Shown here: positions 1-17,066 of the stretch, in pieces | Layout: each line of letters opens with the position of its first letter | Position numbering within the stretch: position 1 is the stretch's first letter | NCBI GenBank assembly: GCA_964016885.1 | Contig: OZ024746.1 | Coordinates: 56,978,001 to 57,042,000, forward strand | DNA from: Eledone cirrhosa | Lineage: Eukaryota | Length of the DNA stretch: 64,000 bases | Direction: 5' to 3' | Position numbers and translations under genes: made by a program | Notes under the pieces: generated by a model | Seen by the model: only the letters and a program-made list of their open reading frames with translations | Told to the model about the DNA's origin: nothing | Databases searched by the model: none

Positions 1-664
1 CATCCATACACGCGTATCAGGATTTGCTTGTTTTTTTTTGTTATTTTTTGTATTTATTCATTGGCTTACTTCATATAATATTATATTATATAGATTCTAT
101 TCCATTTCCTATTTTCCCCATTCTCTGACAATCTTGTTCGGAATGTTCTCTTTTGCTGAAGATGTGCAATCACTATTCCCGTATTCCTTGCCTTAAAATA
201 TATATATATTCTATACAATTGTAAACAATTAAAGCTTTGTCTCATTCCACTCATTCTCACATTGCTTTCTCTAGCGCTCTATTTTATATTCCATACGCAT
301 CCTATTAGTTTTCAATAAGCATCTAGTAATTAAATTTCAGCACGAATCTCTAATATGCTATTGATAATAACATTACATTCTCACAATAGATTCAATCTAG
401 TTCACATTGTTTTTTCTGTCTCATTCATATACCTTCGTTTTACAATTCATTTCTGGCTATTGAATAGCAGTGAATTTTCAAAAGAGTAAAAATAAAATAA
501 AATAAACTTAAGATAAATAAGTATAACTATAAAATATAGGAGTAAATATAAAATAAAATGGAACAAATTAAACATTTATAAAAATAAATGAAAATAGTTG
601 TAAATTGTATAAAAAAATAGAAAATAAAGTGTATATATAGGAATGCAAACTTGCGATAAACGTA

Positions 665-1084
<420 letters not shown>

Positions 1085-1430
1085 TGTTTCATTCAAAGGA
1101 AATCATGAGGACATGAAGAAAAGCCTTAACAATTGCCTTCGATGAAACAGTTCTAGTCCAGTAAAAGCGATTTCAATATCCGTATGTTTGCGATGGGTGA
1201 GAGAAAGTAGAACTAAATACCGAAGTAGATTTTTAATATTCATTTTACTGAGTAAGTGTTGTTACTTTAAGTTTCGCTTGTTTATCACAAGGTGATCAGA
1301 CATATATACATTTCCACAATTTACATATATAAGTATATATAGTTATAGACACACATTTATATAAAGATAAAACTCTATCTATCGATCTATATCTATCTAT
1401 ATACACATATACGCGCGCGCACACGCACGC

Positions 1431-1478
<48 letters not shown>

Positions 1479-1535
1479 TAAGGAAAAGAAATCGAAAATG
1501 CGACTGGATACTTTTTAAGAAAATCTATCTATTTC

Positions 1536-1571
1536 CTTTACCTGTTTCACAGTTCTTATGCTTTTCAAAAG
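1536..1571 (-). ncRNA. Minimal hammerhead-like motif, U3-A8 core variant (partly decayed)
   Basis: Minus strand reads cuu UUGAAAA gca-uaagaac-ugu GAAA cagg UA aag. Stems I and II are only 3 bp each. Confidence 0.35.
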
Positions 1572-2558
1572 TATAATTGAGATGGAAAGTTTGTATATAT
1601 ACAAACACACATATGCAGAGAATCTTTTCGAGGTTTCTATTGAAAGAAATGTTTTGCAAATGTTTACCGATCTTATGTATATTATCCAAATACTTGCTCA
1701 TGTGTACAATCTGGAAATCCTGCCATGTGGCTTTCTTTCTAAAATCTATCCATTAATTCTTTCTGCAACATTCTAAGCTCATCACCAGTATCACACAACT
1801 GTGATATATCAATGATAGCACGTCCACATTTGCATTTTAATGACGTTCGTTATCCTTTATGGTGTAACGATACACTAGAGACCCTTCGAAGGAAACCCAA
1901 TTCGTCTGTTCGTATATTCAAGATAGCGATTGAAACAATTACATATACCTCTATTTTTTGACAAACGAGCGTTAATGATAGATTATCATTACACCATATC
2001 CAACCATTTCTGTAATTAATAGAACAGCCTCCTATCCGTCACTAACGAGATACACGAAGACCTACATCCGGTTCAACGTTACTCTACTCAGTTTTCGTAA
2101 TAATAAAACACACATACACACTTTGATCTGGAAACTGTTTACATTAGTGTATACGTCTTCCCTCAAGAACACAATATGTCGTCATCTGTTGCCTTTGCTT
2201 GGTTCTGAAGATACAATTGAGTGTTATTCACTGTATTTACAAACAAATGCATGCTGATAAGATTACAGTCAGTCTTGAACTACATCATAATTAACTGTTT
2301 CTTAGTAATTTTTATGAAATGCAATTAACAGATCTGGCAAAGCATTTCATGCGCACACATATATATTCGCATGCAAACACACATGCATACATAGATATAT
2401 ACACACATATCCACACATAAGCAAAATAATTTAAATGGTATATTTTCCATCACCTTGCCAACAGGGAAGATGAAAGAAACTTACCCCAACATTTAATTTT
2501 AAATCTATAATATTTAGTTTTTCATTCTTATTAATTCTCTTTAATTATAATACTCAAC

Positions 2559-2601
2559 ATTTGACAAGATGAATTTTACTAATACATCGAAACCGGTAAT
2601 A
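2559..2601 (+). ncRNA. Minimal hammerhead-like motif, U3-A8 core variant
   Basis: UUGACAA gaug..cauc GAAA CCGG UA. Stem II is 4 bp, stem III is palindromic, stem I is weak (2 bp). Confidence 0.4.
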
Positions 2602-2750
2602 CTTTATATACTTTATATATATTATAACATTCTTTTTTAAAAGATTTGTCCCTGTAATTATTTTCAATAACGTCACTTTCACGATTCAAAGAAATGAAAA
2701 ATAAAGAAAAACAGACCCTAAATTATATTTCCCGTGCTATTTCCAATCTC

Positions 2751-2753
<3 letters not shown>

Positions 2754-2811
<58 letters not shown>

Positions 2812-2848
2812 CTCTCTCTCTCTCTCTTTCTCACGCTCTCACTCTCTA

Positions 2849-2908
<60 letters not shown>
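2754..2908. repeat. (CT)n microsatellite
   Basis: Directly visible. Confidence 0.95.
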
Positions 2909-2911
<3 letters not shown>

Positions 2912-3126
2912 TAAATATATATATATTTAAAATAGGGGGTACACAGTAGAAAGACAAAAGGAAGATAACAACGGAGAAAGTTCCACCACCACAGACAACC
3001 TCTGGAAATCTCTATGGTTTCGTTGCATTGGGTCATTACAAACTAGGTAGAGACAAGTTACGCAAATTTCACAGATACAGATTGTGCAAGGCCAAATACA
3101 GAAAAGTGAAAAATAGTAAAAATAGA

Positions 3127-4133
<1,007 letters not shown>

Positions 4134-5036
4134 GGCTACATATATATATCTATATGTATATTTATATACATATACATATATATACATTTTCAATACCCGA
4201 ATTACTTGATCGTTTTTTTGGCTATGTGAATTATTGTTTAACCATCGTCTCAGTGTGTTTGGCCTTTAACGTTTGTTATAGCTCTGGTACATCTGAACCA
4301 TTGAGCACTTGCCTCATATCTCGGAGGTTGTTTTTCGTTATTTCGTGGGCCGAAATGGGAATCTCGATAATTTATGTTTGTATTTATCTCCAGACTCTAG
4401 CTATTGACCAGATAATTTTCTTGATTTTTAGTTGATTCTATTGACTGATGAATAGCTTATGTTAATTTTAAGCCTTCTGTTGAGAACCCTATTCGATTTG
4501 TGATGTTTTTGCATTCTTGCAAAAATATACACAACTGAATTTATTCGCCTGATATAGGGGCTGCCTCCCTTGCCGATCCCCACGTGGAGTCAGCAATAAT
4601 CAGTCCTTGTATTAACATTGAACTAAAACCTGTTGAGAAAGTGGCTTCCTTGTTCAATCATTTTACCAGAAGCCTGACATTATTTATGTAAACGGGCGGT
4701 ACTTGAATATCAAAACAACAAACAGCGAAGGACGCGTTCCGGACTTGTCCGACAGACAACTTTTTCCTCCAGCCCGGAAAAAACCCCAGTTGATGGGTGT
4801 GAATCCGAAATATGTAGGGACTATTTAATCTCTCCCAAGGTAACTTTCTCGTGTGTTGTTATTTTAATTTTATCCTTTATACTCTTCCCTTCATTCTACA
4901 GATCTCACACATCTTATACACCCCACGCATCTCAACGTACACCCACTTACACCTCTCTCTCCACCACCGGACCTTGTTACCCGGAGATTTACCCATTTGC
5001 ATTGTCGTGGCTTCCAAACGACTTAAAGATATTTAC

Positions 5037-5067
<31 letters not shown>

Positions 5068-5169
5068 CATATGTAAGTATGTATGTATACGTACATACAT
5101 ATATGTATACAGACGTACAGTAGTATGTATATATATACATACTACTTAATAATGATATATATATATGTG

Positions 5170-5241
<72 letters not shown>

Positions 5242-5344
5242 CACATATATATATATATACATATACATATATATATATATAAATATATATATATACATAT
5301 ATATATACATATATATACATATATATACATATATATATATGTGT

Positions 5345-5600
5345 GTGAAGGCTTAGTGGTTAGCGCATTGGGCTTGCAATAGATAGGTTGTGAGTTCAAT
5401 TCTCGGACCGGGTGAAGTGTTGTTTCCTTGAGCAAGACACTTTATTTCACGTGGCTCCAGTTTACTCAGCTGTAGAAATGAGTACCGGCCTGCCCGCCCA
5501 GCCAGTGGGATGGCGTTATCTTATGGCTAAAACAGCACGACGTGCTGTGACCAGCGGCGCCGACTGGCGCCCGACAGATTGGTCGGTAAAGTGGATCAAG

Positions 5601-5605
<5 letters not shown>
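5345..5605 (+). mobile_element. tRNA-derived SINE with CORE-like central domain
   Basis: A-box-like ggcttagtggttag and B-box-like gagttcaattc, followed by ccttgagcaagacacttt...ctcagctgtagaaatgagta. Related copies at ~6860-7010 and 27325-27580. Confidence 0.7.
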
Positions 5606-5663
<58 letters not shown>

Positions 5664-7018
5664 GATCGACAATATTCCAGTTGTCATTCGCTTAAAGATT
5701 AGGGTGGGGCTCGTCAAATCAGATAGGAGAAACAATGCTTCCATTGGTCTAATACTACCTGTCGGCCGACCGACAGGTAGTTTTAGTAATAGGAAAGAAC
5801 AATGGAAGCATTGTTTCCTCGGTCTGATTTGACGAACGCTGCAGGAATGAATGGTGCGAAAAAAACCGTAAATTCTCTGACGAAATCTATAACAGAAATA
5901 AAGTATTGAGGTATGGCCATTAAATAAAATTGCATATATTGACTACATGAGCTCAAAAATATTTCAAAGGGCCTAAGATCTAATGACTTTTTTACCATTC
6001 AAATATACTTAACACTAAAAGTGTGATTTTCCGGAACTATTTACATTACAAAAAATAATTACATCTTTTCTGTACACATCAATATTTGACACACTATTTG
6101 CAGGGTTAAATGGATAAACTGACCTGAATAATACCTTCCAATTTCGATGGGTAATATACGAGCTTGACTGAATAAGATATTTAGTAGAAGCTGAAACAGT
6201 ATACTGTATTTATGCCACCAGTTTAAAGCGAGTAGCTATAATGAGAGTTCAAGAAATAGTAATTTGTGATGGATTTGTAGATATATTTATGTCCCTTTAA
6301 GAAGGCTAACATAAAAGGGGAAAAAAAACATTCTGTTATTGCATCATTTGTTACTGTTACTGATTCTATTCGTAGTTTATAGTTGTATTCTTTGGAAGTA
6401 AGGATTTTGAAGATTGCCTGCAGCAACATAACGGCAGTTTGAACTGAACAGTGCATTATTGTCTTACAATATTCTCAATATTTCAAATAGACTTGCAGCA
6501 ATGATTTAAATAAAACAATAATGTGTTCTTTGGTAAGCATACTGAATTATTTACCACTCGAATTTAATCGGCAGGGATATTGTTGATTTCAAAACAAAGT
6601 GTGTCTGAAAAGGTTTCAGGTAAACTATATTTTTAGTTCCATAAATATATGAATCTATAAACTAAAATGATCATTAATGCTGCCCTTGTTAAAGAAACTA
6701 TGTCTGCTGGGGGCTCTGACATTGTCGCATTGAGGTTTATCAGAAAGGATTGTGTCTTTTGGTACATAATTTCGGGTAAAATTGCAATTACATACGGTAT
6801 TTTAGTTTCAAAAAGACTAATCTAATATATGTGCGTGTTTGTGTCAATATGTGTGTGTATTCCCGGACCGGGCGATGCGTTATATCGCTGAGCAAAACAC
6901 TTGATATCATGCTGCGCCTTCTATCTGGAGTTGCGATCGATAGATAGTATTAGCAATTGAAAGACCAATGGAAACATTGTTTCCTCGGTCTGATTAGACG
7001 AAAGTCAATAAATTGTCG

Positions 7019-7044
<26 letters not shown>

Positions 7045-7065
<21 letters not shown>

Positions 7066-9318
7066 TAAATTAATAAAAACAATGAAACAAAACAAAGAAC
7101 TGGTTTCTTATACTGAAAAAAATACATCATTTTACGATCGTTTCTGGGATATATTTGTGTGTGTTGGTATGTATATCATATTAAAGATATATGTAAAAGA
7201 ATATTACAAATTATCAGAGGAGATATACATACCTTCACCTATATATGCCATCTTAAGAAATGATGAAGTATGTTTATTGAAAGAAACAAAGTATTAATAC
7301 AAAAAGTATGTTTGGGAACAGGTTTTGAATTGACCAGTAGAAAAGAGTTAGAGGTCAAGTTGATAGAATAACAGTAGTAGAATTTTATGCTAGGAGTGGA
7401 GGAAAGTAAATTTATGCTTTGAATGAAAAGAATACTATGGGGAAGGGAAAGACATGGGTTAAAAAGAGGTTTAAGTCAATAATATAGTGAAGGATTGATT
7501 CCCCACAAACAAATTTGATGTTATTAAAGAATGTTGTTAAAAGCGAAGGGAAAATCATTTTTTGTGTGATGAGAGTGTTAGTGATAAATACTCGTTCTGT
7601 TTAAATTTCAAGGAACCTAGATACATAACAGGAAATTAAATTGATTGATAGGTGTACTTACAGACTTAAAATCATATTAATTATTATGAATGTGATAAAT
7701 AAAGAAGTAAAAAAATTAAAATAATAAAGATATAAATAGAATGACTGAAATAGATAAAATTTTATAAAAGGTAGAGTATCTAAACATCTATAATATTAAA
7801 GATATTAATTATATTTACTAATCCTAGGTATTAAATGTGATAGATAGTGGATGCGGTTAAAAGAAGTAATGAAGTTAAAGATTACTTTAGGTAAAGTGAG
7901 CTGCAAGATGGAAATAAAATTATGAAATTCCTTGCAGTAAATATCTAATTATATGTTAACTAAATTTAAAAAAAAATTTAAAAATTAACTTTAATAATTT
8001 GTTAAATACAAGAGTGAGGTATATATTAATTAAGTTTATAATATTTGAATGTTTTTCTAATTCTATGATTACATGATATAAAAAAAAATCCTGTCGCTTA
8101 TTTAATAGGATATCATTAGATTTCATGATTTCAAATAGTTTTGGGGAGCATAACCTACACTCATATCTCCTATTTTGATAAGGGGTTGCCCTTTTGAGCA
8201 CGCTCCAGGTCAGGTTGGAATCAATATCCATCTTTTTATAATTAGTAATTGCTTCAGAAAAGGAGGTTGTATTAGCTAATGTGGCATTTTTAAAACTATG
8301 TTTGTGGGTATTAAATCTTACTTTAAATTAGCTAGCCCTAGCTCCTATATAGGATTGAGTGGAGTCCTTAGTCTAATTACACAGTTATAGACTATGTTAT
8401 TAATAAGATAATTTCCTTTTAATGGACAATTTCTATTGATTCTACAGTTACAGCCATTCATAAATATTGTATCAGGAGAGTTAAATGTGTTATTATTTTC
8501 ATTAATGTATGGTTTAGAATAGGTTGTAATTAGATTAGTATGGTTAGACAGGTTGTTGGTGGATGATGGTTTAGGGAATGTGGAGCTAGTAGAGCTCCGT
8601 TTGTTTTGGAGATTATTAGTCAAAATTGGTGTGGAGTTTATAGGTGAAGAAGTCGGCGGTTTGTTTTGGTTTACTTTAGTATGATTATGGTTAGTTTGAT
8701 GTGTTGGTGGTATATTTATGTTTGTTTACACTTATATGTGTTGTAAGCACTTATATTCTGTTGTATATTCTTGGTAGTGGAGTAGGACAATTTGACAGTA
8801 GATCTATTTAAATTTGATGGTATTTATGGTTTGGTGGGAAGTTTTTCTCTAGGATAGCAAATCATTTTTTAGGGATATGGTCATTAGTCTGTAGATTAAA
8901 CGGAGCATTATACCAAGTAACCCGTCTATGACGGTTTCGACATTCAGTGATTCTTATATTTATATGATGTATCAGGAGGTTTACTGAAAGAGTTACTATT
9001 AGTGATTTTATTATATATAGGTTTCGTTAGATTAATTGATGTTTTAGTCTGATTACTAGGAACGTTGTTAGTTATGTTGTTGACATATGTAAGAGTATTA
9101 GGGTGAATGGTTTTAAGAAAGTCATTATCTTTTATGTGAGAAGTGATAGAGACATAATGGTTTGGGTTGGTATTTTTATGTGTGGTATGAGTGGTGTTTA
9201 GGTGTGAGATTTTCATTTAGTGTTTGTTGGTAATATTAGGTTGTGTGTTTGAAATATTATTGGTGCAAGGTGTATAGACTAATTTGTTCTTATGGCCGCT
9301 TCTAGCTAAAGCTTCATT
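7045..9318 (-). mobile_element. Decayed Penelope-like element 3' part (linker, GIY-YIG region, terminal repeat)
   Basis: Minus-strand peptides RRVTWYNAPF, GCNCRINRNCPLKGNYLINNIVYNC and WSVLKRATPY..CRLC resemble the 10069 ORF. The terminus at ~7050-7290 is homologous to 15480-15700 and holds a decayed hammerhead (7125-7265). Confidence 0.75.
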
Positions 9319-9466
9319 ATATATATATATATATATATGTATGTAGAAGGTAAGTTTTATTGTAGTACAATAAAGCAATGCAGATATCGGATAAGAAGCA
9401 CTCTACAGTTTGTGGGACTGGAGTATGCATAATATAAGATCAAAAGATGGTTAAAGGAGTTCCATA

Positions 9467-9537
9467 TATTTTATTATGCGCATTTCAAAAACAAACATCA
9501 TCAAGCAATAATATTTGTGTTTTCATCAGATAAAACA
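9467..9537 (-). ncRNA. Type I hammerhead ribozyme candidate (family A)
   Basis: uguuuuau CUGAUGA [~16 bp helix II] GAAA UGCGCA UA auaaaaua. The mirror copy at 11595-11665 has C3->A. Confidence 0.75.
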
Positions 9538-10068
9538 GGAGAACATGATATGAAGGCTAAAAAACACTTGTTGATAGTGCAGTTTTAAATCAACATATGA
9601 AAAGTGGTTTTAGATTGATGTGTGATATTGGGAAAAATATTTTATTTAGAGAGGGGGGGGGGATGAAAAGGGAAGGAGATGAGAGGGAGAGATGGGTGAT
9701 AGAGAGAAAGAGATAGTTTTTATAACTCGGAGGAGATATATTTTTTGCATAGAGGGGTTGAAAACCGTTGGAAGATACTGTATAAATTAAAATTTTTGAA
9801 AATTAACGAAGGGAGGATATGTGCGAGGAAAAAATATTTTATTTAGGGAGGGGGGGGGGATGAAAAAAAGGGGGGAGGAGATGAGAGTGAAGGTGGAGAG
9901 GGAGAGATGGGTGATAGAGAGAAAGAGATAGTTTTTATAACTGAGAAAAAGATATATTGTTTTAATATAGAGAGGTTGGGAACCGTTGGAAGATAATGTA
10001 TAAATTAAAGGAATTTGAAAATTAACGAAGGGAAATTATGTATGAAGATAGAGAGAAAATAATAATAA

Positions 10069-10614
10069 TTGTGGGTGAATATTCTAACGTCAAAAGAAGA
10101 AATGTATATTCCTATCGCAAACAACTTCTCCAATCCAATTCCTTCTATAGATAACACTAGATCACTCATTAATAATCTCTCTAATTGCAACTGCCGCATC
10201 AAAAATAAATGTCCTCTCAACAACCATTGCCTCGATAAAAACTTAATTTATGAATGTAAAATTATAACTAGCACCAATTCCTTCACCTATTTTGGCTCCA
10301 CTTCCACCTCTTTTAAAGCTCGTCTCTATAATCATCATTCATCTTTCAAATACAAACTTAAAAGAACTAACACTGCTCTCTCAGAACTCATATGGTCCTT
10401 AAAAGACAAAAACATTAAATATAACATCTTTTGGAAAAAGATTTCTTCTGCATCCTCATACTTGAACAGCTCTCTATCTAAAATCTGTAATCTCTGCCTA
10501 AATGAAAAATTCACCATTATCTCTAACCTAGATTCTATAATAAACAGACGCTCAGATTTGTTTTCTATCTGCCTGCATAAATTCCATAGAACTTTTCACA
10601 AAGTATACAGTTAA
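10069..10614 (+). pseudogene. Penelope-type GIY-YIG endonuclease domain fragment
   Basis: CNCRIKNKCPLNNHCL, NLIYECKI..FTYFGSTSTSFKARLYNHHSSF, CNLCLNEKFTII and CLH. No RT upstream. Confidence 0.8.
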
Positions 10615-11840
10615 TATTCAATTCTTTATCAATTTAGAATCTTTTCTCAAAGGCACATATACATACACCTCTTTAAAATATACCCATATACCTTACCTTA
10701 CTTTAAAGGGCATTATACACTCTATAATACTCGTTTACTCATTACCCTCATTCTATCTTCTCGTAAAATAATAACATTTGCTTTTGACATTTTGAATATT
10801 CATCCGCAATCATTATTATTTTTTTCTCTCTATCATAAATCTTTTTAATCTCAATCTCATCCTTAATTTATTATTATTTTTTTCTCCCCATCAACGAACT
10901 CATTATTAATACATATCAATTCAATATACAAACTTTAACTTCACATTATTTTTCTCAAATCCTTCTACACACAAACCATAACAATTTTTCTCTTCGCTAA
11001 TTTTGAAATTGCCACAATACATACATTTCTTCTTTTGACGTTAGAATATTCACCCACAATTATTATTATTTTCTCTCTATCTTCATACATAATTTCCCTT
11101 CGTTAATTTTCAAATTCCTTTAATTTATACATTATCTTCCAACGGTTCCCAACCTCTCTATATTAAAACAATATATCTTTTTCTCAGTTATAAAAACTAT
11201 CTCTTTCTCTCTATCACCCATCTCTCCCTCTCCACCTTCACTCTCATCTCCTCCCCCCTTTTTGTCATCCCCCCCCCCTCCCTAAATAAAATATTTTTTC
11301 CTCGCACATATCCTCCCTTCGTTAATTTTCAAAATTTTTAATTTATACAGTATCTTCCAACGGTTTTCAACCCCTCTATGCAAAAAATATATCTCCTCTC
11401 AGTTATAAAAACTATCTCTTTCTCTCTATCACCCATCTCTCCCTCTCATCTCCTTCCCTTTTCATCCTTCCCCCCCCCCTCTCTAAATAAAATATTTTTC
11501 CCAATATCACACATCAATCTAAAACCACTTTTCATATGTTGATTTAAAACTGCACTATCAACAAGTGTTTTTTAGCCTTCATATCATGTTCTCCTGTTTT
11601 ATATGATGAAAACACAAATATTATTGCTTGATGATGTTTGTGTTTGAAATGCGCATAATAAAATATATGGAACTCCTTTAACCATCTTTTGATCTTATAT
11701 TATATATACTATTTTTTTATGTCCCATTATGAATCGATATGAATTTTATCGAACTTAATTACTGAGACAGTAGTGATTTCCAGATGTTGACTGAGGAGAT
11801 GGAATTGTCTGGCATTCCGATTTCCTTTCCATTCTCTTTG

Positions 11841-12339
<499 letters not shown>

Positions 12340-12340
<1 letters not shown>

Positions 12341-14320
12341 AATAACTTTGAATAATAACTTTGAAATGTTTTGGCCAGTATTGGCCCAGGCCATGTCTAA
12401 CTTAATAGCACCACCTGGCGAAGTCTTTCAATTCAGGATTTGGGCACCATGGCCCATTCGAGAAGAGAATTACTGTTTGCGGAGACATATCCGGGTGTGG
12501 GTGGTTTGTCCGGGATTACTTGGAGGAATTTGTCCAAAGACTTCTTGAATTTTGTGTGGTCAGTTTCTGTTTTGACGTGTCCTGGTGTGATGTTGAAGAG
12601 AGCAGGGCCGATTGAGGTGAAATAATTGTGCCGTATTGTTGTTATGAGTTGCGATTTAGATTTTTGAATGGGACGGATAGCACGGGGCCCAAGCCTTGGG
12701 TGTATCTTGAAGGCGATGCCAACATCATTTGGGCAGTGATGATGGAACATTTTCCACATCATGCAGATAATATAACGCTCACGGCGACGTTGGAGTGAGT
12801 AAAGTTTCAGGTTTTCCAATCGACCCCAGTAGTCAAGGTCTGACATGCCATCTATCTTTTTCGTGATTGCCCTTTGAGGAGCTTCAAGTTTCATGATACT
12901 TTGTTTCGTGTGGGGAGACCACAGTGGACAACAGTATTCAAGGTGTGGTCGGGCGAAAGTAGAGAAGAGAAGGATAATGGTGCGGGAATCTCTCGACTGG
13001 AAGGTTCTGAGGATCCAGGAACACATTCTGCGGGCCATGTCAACTTTGCTGCTTATATGCGTGGTCCAGCTTATGTTGCTGTCCACGGTTACTCCCAAGT
13101 CTCTGATGTTGTTAGATGCCACGAGAGTTTCCCCGGAGGGAAGGGAGTACGGGAGTTTCAGAGCATCCTCTTTTCCAAAGTGGATCAGTTCGAATTTGTC
13201 TTCGTTCAGTAACATGTTGTTCTTTTCTGCCAATTGGGTAACAGCCAGTAGGTCTGACTGAAGGCTTATCCGGTCATCCACGCCATTGATGACCTTTTGG
13301 AGCTTGGAATCATCAGCGAACATTTTAATGTTGCTGTGTTTGATGATGTCAGTGATGTCATTAATATAGATGATGAAGAGAAGTGGGCCCAACACAGTGC
13401 CTTGTGGGACTCCACTACTGACTTTGGCTGGGCTTGATTTGACTCCCTCAACTACAACATGTTGGGTTCTGTTTGACAGGAAGCTCTTGATCCACTGCAG
13501 CAGCTTTCCAGTGACACCAATATTGGACAGCTTTCTCAGTAGAATGTTATGATCAACCCTGTCAAAGGCCTTGCTGAAATCAAGGTAGATAACATCAGTG
13601 TTGGAACCCTCTCCCAAGGCTCTCAAAATGTCATCAAAGTGATGCAGTAGTTGCGTCAGGCAATCCCTTCCATTACGGAATCCATGCTGGTTGGAGTTCA
13701 GCATATTGTTACTCTCAAGGAAGTGGGTCATTCGCGATCTCACCACTCGCTCAAATACCTTAATGATATGAGAGGTGAGTGAGATTGGACGGTAATTCAC
13801 GGCAAGGGATTTGTTTCCCTTTTTGAAAACTGGGACAACAGACTGGGATAGAAGGTTTTCTGGCACATATCCAGCATCCAGTGAGTTCCGCCACAGATTG
13901 GCAAGAGGAGAAGCAAGTTGGTGCTGACACGCCTTCAAGACACAAGCAGGGAACCTATCGGGACCTACTGCTGAATTATGCTTGATTTCCTTTATTGCCG
14001 CCAAGACATCAGGGGCGCCAAACGTTATGTCCGATAAGGTGTAATGGGGAGTAACATCGCCGATACAGCCCAGATCGGCCATATCAGGATTGCTGAAAAC
14101 AGAGCAGTATTGTTTCTGCAGTATCTCACCCATGGTTTTAGCATTGTCTTGAAGAGTGCCATTTTCATCAATTAGAGGGCCAACAGTAGAGCCAGTGATT
14201 TTGTGTTTTTTTGCAAATGAAAAGAACACTTTGGGATTGAGTTTGATCTTCTCAATGGCCCAGGCCTCTTCAGCTCTTCTCTGATTGTTGATGAGGGACA
14301 TTATGTTGTTTTGGAGGTTA
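12340..14320 (-). mobile_element. 5'-truncated CR1/L2-like non-LTR retrotransposon with an open RT frame (12433-~14320)
   Basis: [59 protein letters not shown]. Short 3' UTR ending in a (ttcaaagttatta)x2 tail. The ORF-track N-terminus is microsatellite readthrough. Confidence 0.9.
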
Positions 14321-15248
<928 letters not shown>

Positions 15249-15298
15249 TATATATACATATATATATATGTATTTGTATGTATATGTATGTATATATA

Positions 15299-15342
<44 letters not shown>

Positions 15343-15346
<4 letters not shown>

Positions 15347-16463
15347 GATAAATCTACCAAGAGTTTATGGTAGTGTCCAATCCGTATGAAGAACTCAATG
15401 TATTCCGGATATCATGGAAAGAAGAGATGTAATGAAAATCCACTTTCGGTGAAAGATAAACGGTATACAGAGTCAAGATAAAATATTAAACAAATAATGA
15501 ACAAACAATTCCTTATATTAAACAAAAAAAGTTCACTATTTAACGATCGTTTCTAGGGCATATATGTGTTATAATTGGTATGCATATTTAACAGATCTAT
15601 GTACAAAATTATACAAAATTATACAAATTATCAAGATTAAATATACATACCTAACTCATATATACGCCGTCTTCAGAAATAATGAAGTATATTTATTGAT
15701 AATAACAACAATTCAAAATGTCAGTTCAAAATTGACCAATGAAAACACAAAGGGTTAAAAGCAGTTTGGTGTGTGTATATACATGCAAAAACCTTACACA
15801 TATTTTACAATAATGTGTGTATAATTTGTATGTGTATACTAAAAAGATGGATGTAAACACAAAATTTCAAGGTTAATATCTCTGTAAGCTTAATGCGCTG
15901 ATAAGATACGCAAAGATACTTATGGAGTCAAGCATATAAATATATTTTTTTCATACTCACACATATCAGTATAATCACACATACATGTGCGTATATGCAT
16001 AAATATACACATAACCACGAACATACAAACACACACACTCCCCCACTCACATTTATATATGTGGATATAAAATCATAAGCAAATAGAAATTAAGTCACTC
16101 ACATAAAAACACTGGTACACACATTTCAAGATCAAGATACAGAAATTAGGTGGGAGGGGGGGGGGGGGGGTCAGTATTAGATTGTCAGACCAGACAGCCT
16201 AAAATAAATGTATCTATAAATTAAGAAAAATAAAAAAATAAAAAAATAAAAATAAAAACAATAAAATATAATAAATGTACATACACATACAGATATACAT
16301 ACACATACATACATGTACGCGCACATAGAGATATCTACACATACATACATACACACATACCTATACTGTCATACACACACATACATTTACACGAACATAC
16401 ACATACACATATAAAAAGATATAAATGCACACACACTCACGCGCAACACATACACACATACAC

Positions 16464-16494
<31 letters not shown>

Positions 16495-16521
16495 CATATA
16501 TATACACACACACATAGACTC

Positions 16522-16553
<32 letters not shown>

Positions 16554-16611
16554 ATACAAACATATATATCCCCACACTCATACCACCATAAATATACATA
16601 CAAACACCCAC

Positions 16612-16647
<36 letters not shown>

Positions 16648-16737
16648 ACATACACACACGTACACATATATATATATATATATACACATATATACACATA
16701 CACATATATATATACACACACATAAAAAACAGACATG

Positions 16738-16768
<31 letters not shown>

Positions 16769-17028
16769 TTCATTACTCTTATATATACACATAGTATATA
16801 TACATACACAACCTCACTTATACACATATACACATAAGTTATATTACAATAATAATAAAGAATAATATATATATATATATATATACATATATACACACAT
16901 ATACATATATACATATACATATATATATACACACACATACATACACATACATACATACACCTAAACATATACATACATAAATACACACATACGAATAAAG
17001 ACATATATTCACACATAGATACCCATAT

Positions 17029-17066
<38 letters not shown>

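Larger units (their letters stand above)
9343..11703 (+). mobile_element. Penelope-like fold-back: inverted terminal arms (9343-10106 / 11021-11703) around a GIY-YIG fragment
   Basis: The arms are near-identical reverse complements over ~680 bp and the spacer encodes a GIY-YIG C-terminal fragment. Confidence 0.85.

Noticed and set aside
155-230. CUGAAGA ... ACAAUUGUAAAC hammerhead-like relic
   Set aside because: GAAA is missing and there is no convincing helix II.
4725-4820. Possible hammerhead relics (GGAACGCGUC on -, GAAAUAUGUA on +)
   Set aside because: Several core mismatches; not supportable.
5840-6800. Non-repetitive stretch with splice-like sites
   Set aside because: The frames I tried contain stops and no recognisable motif.
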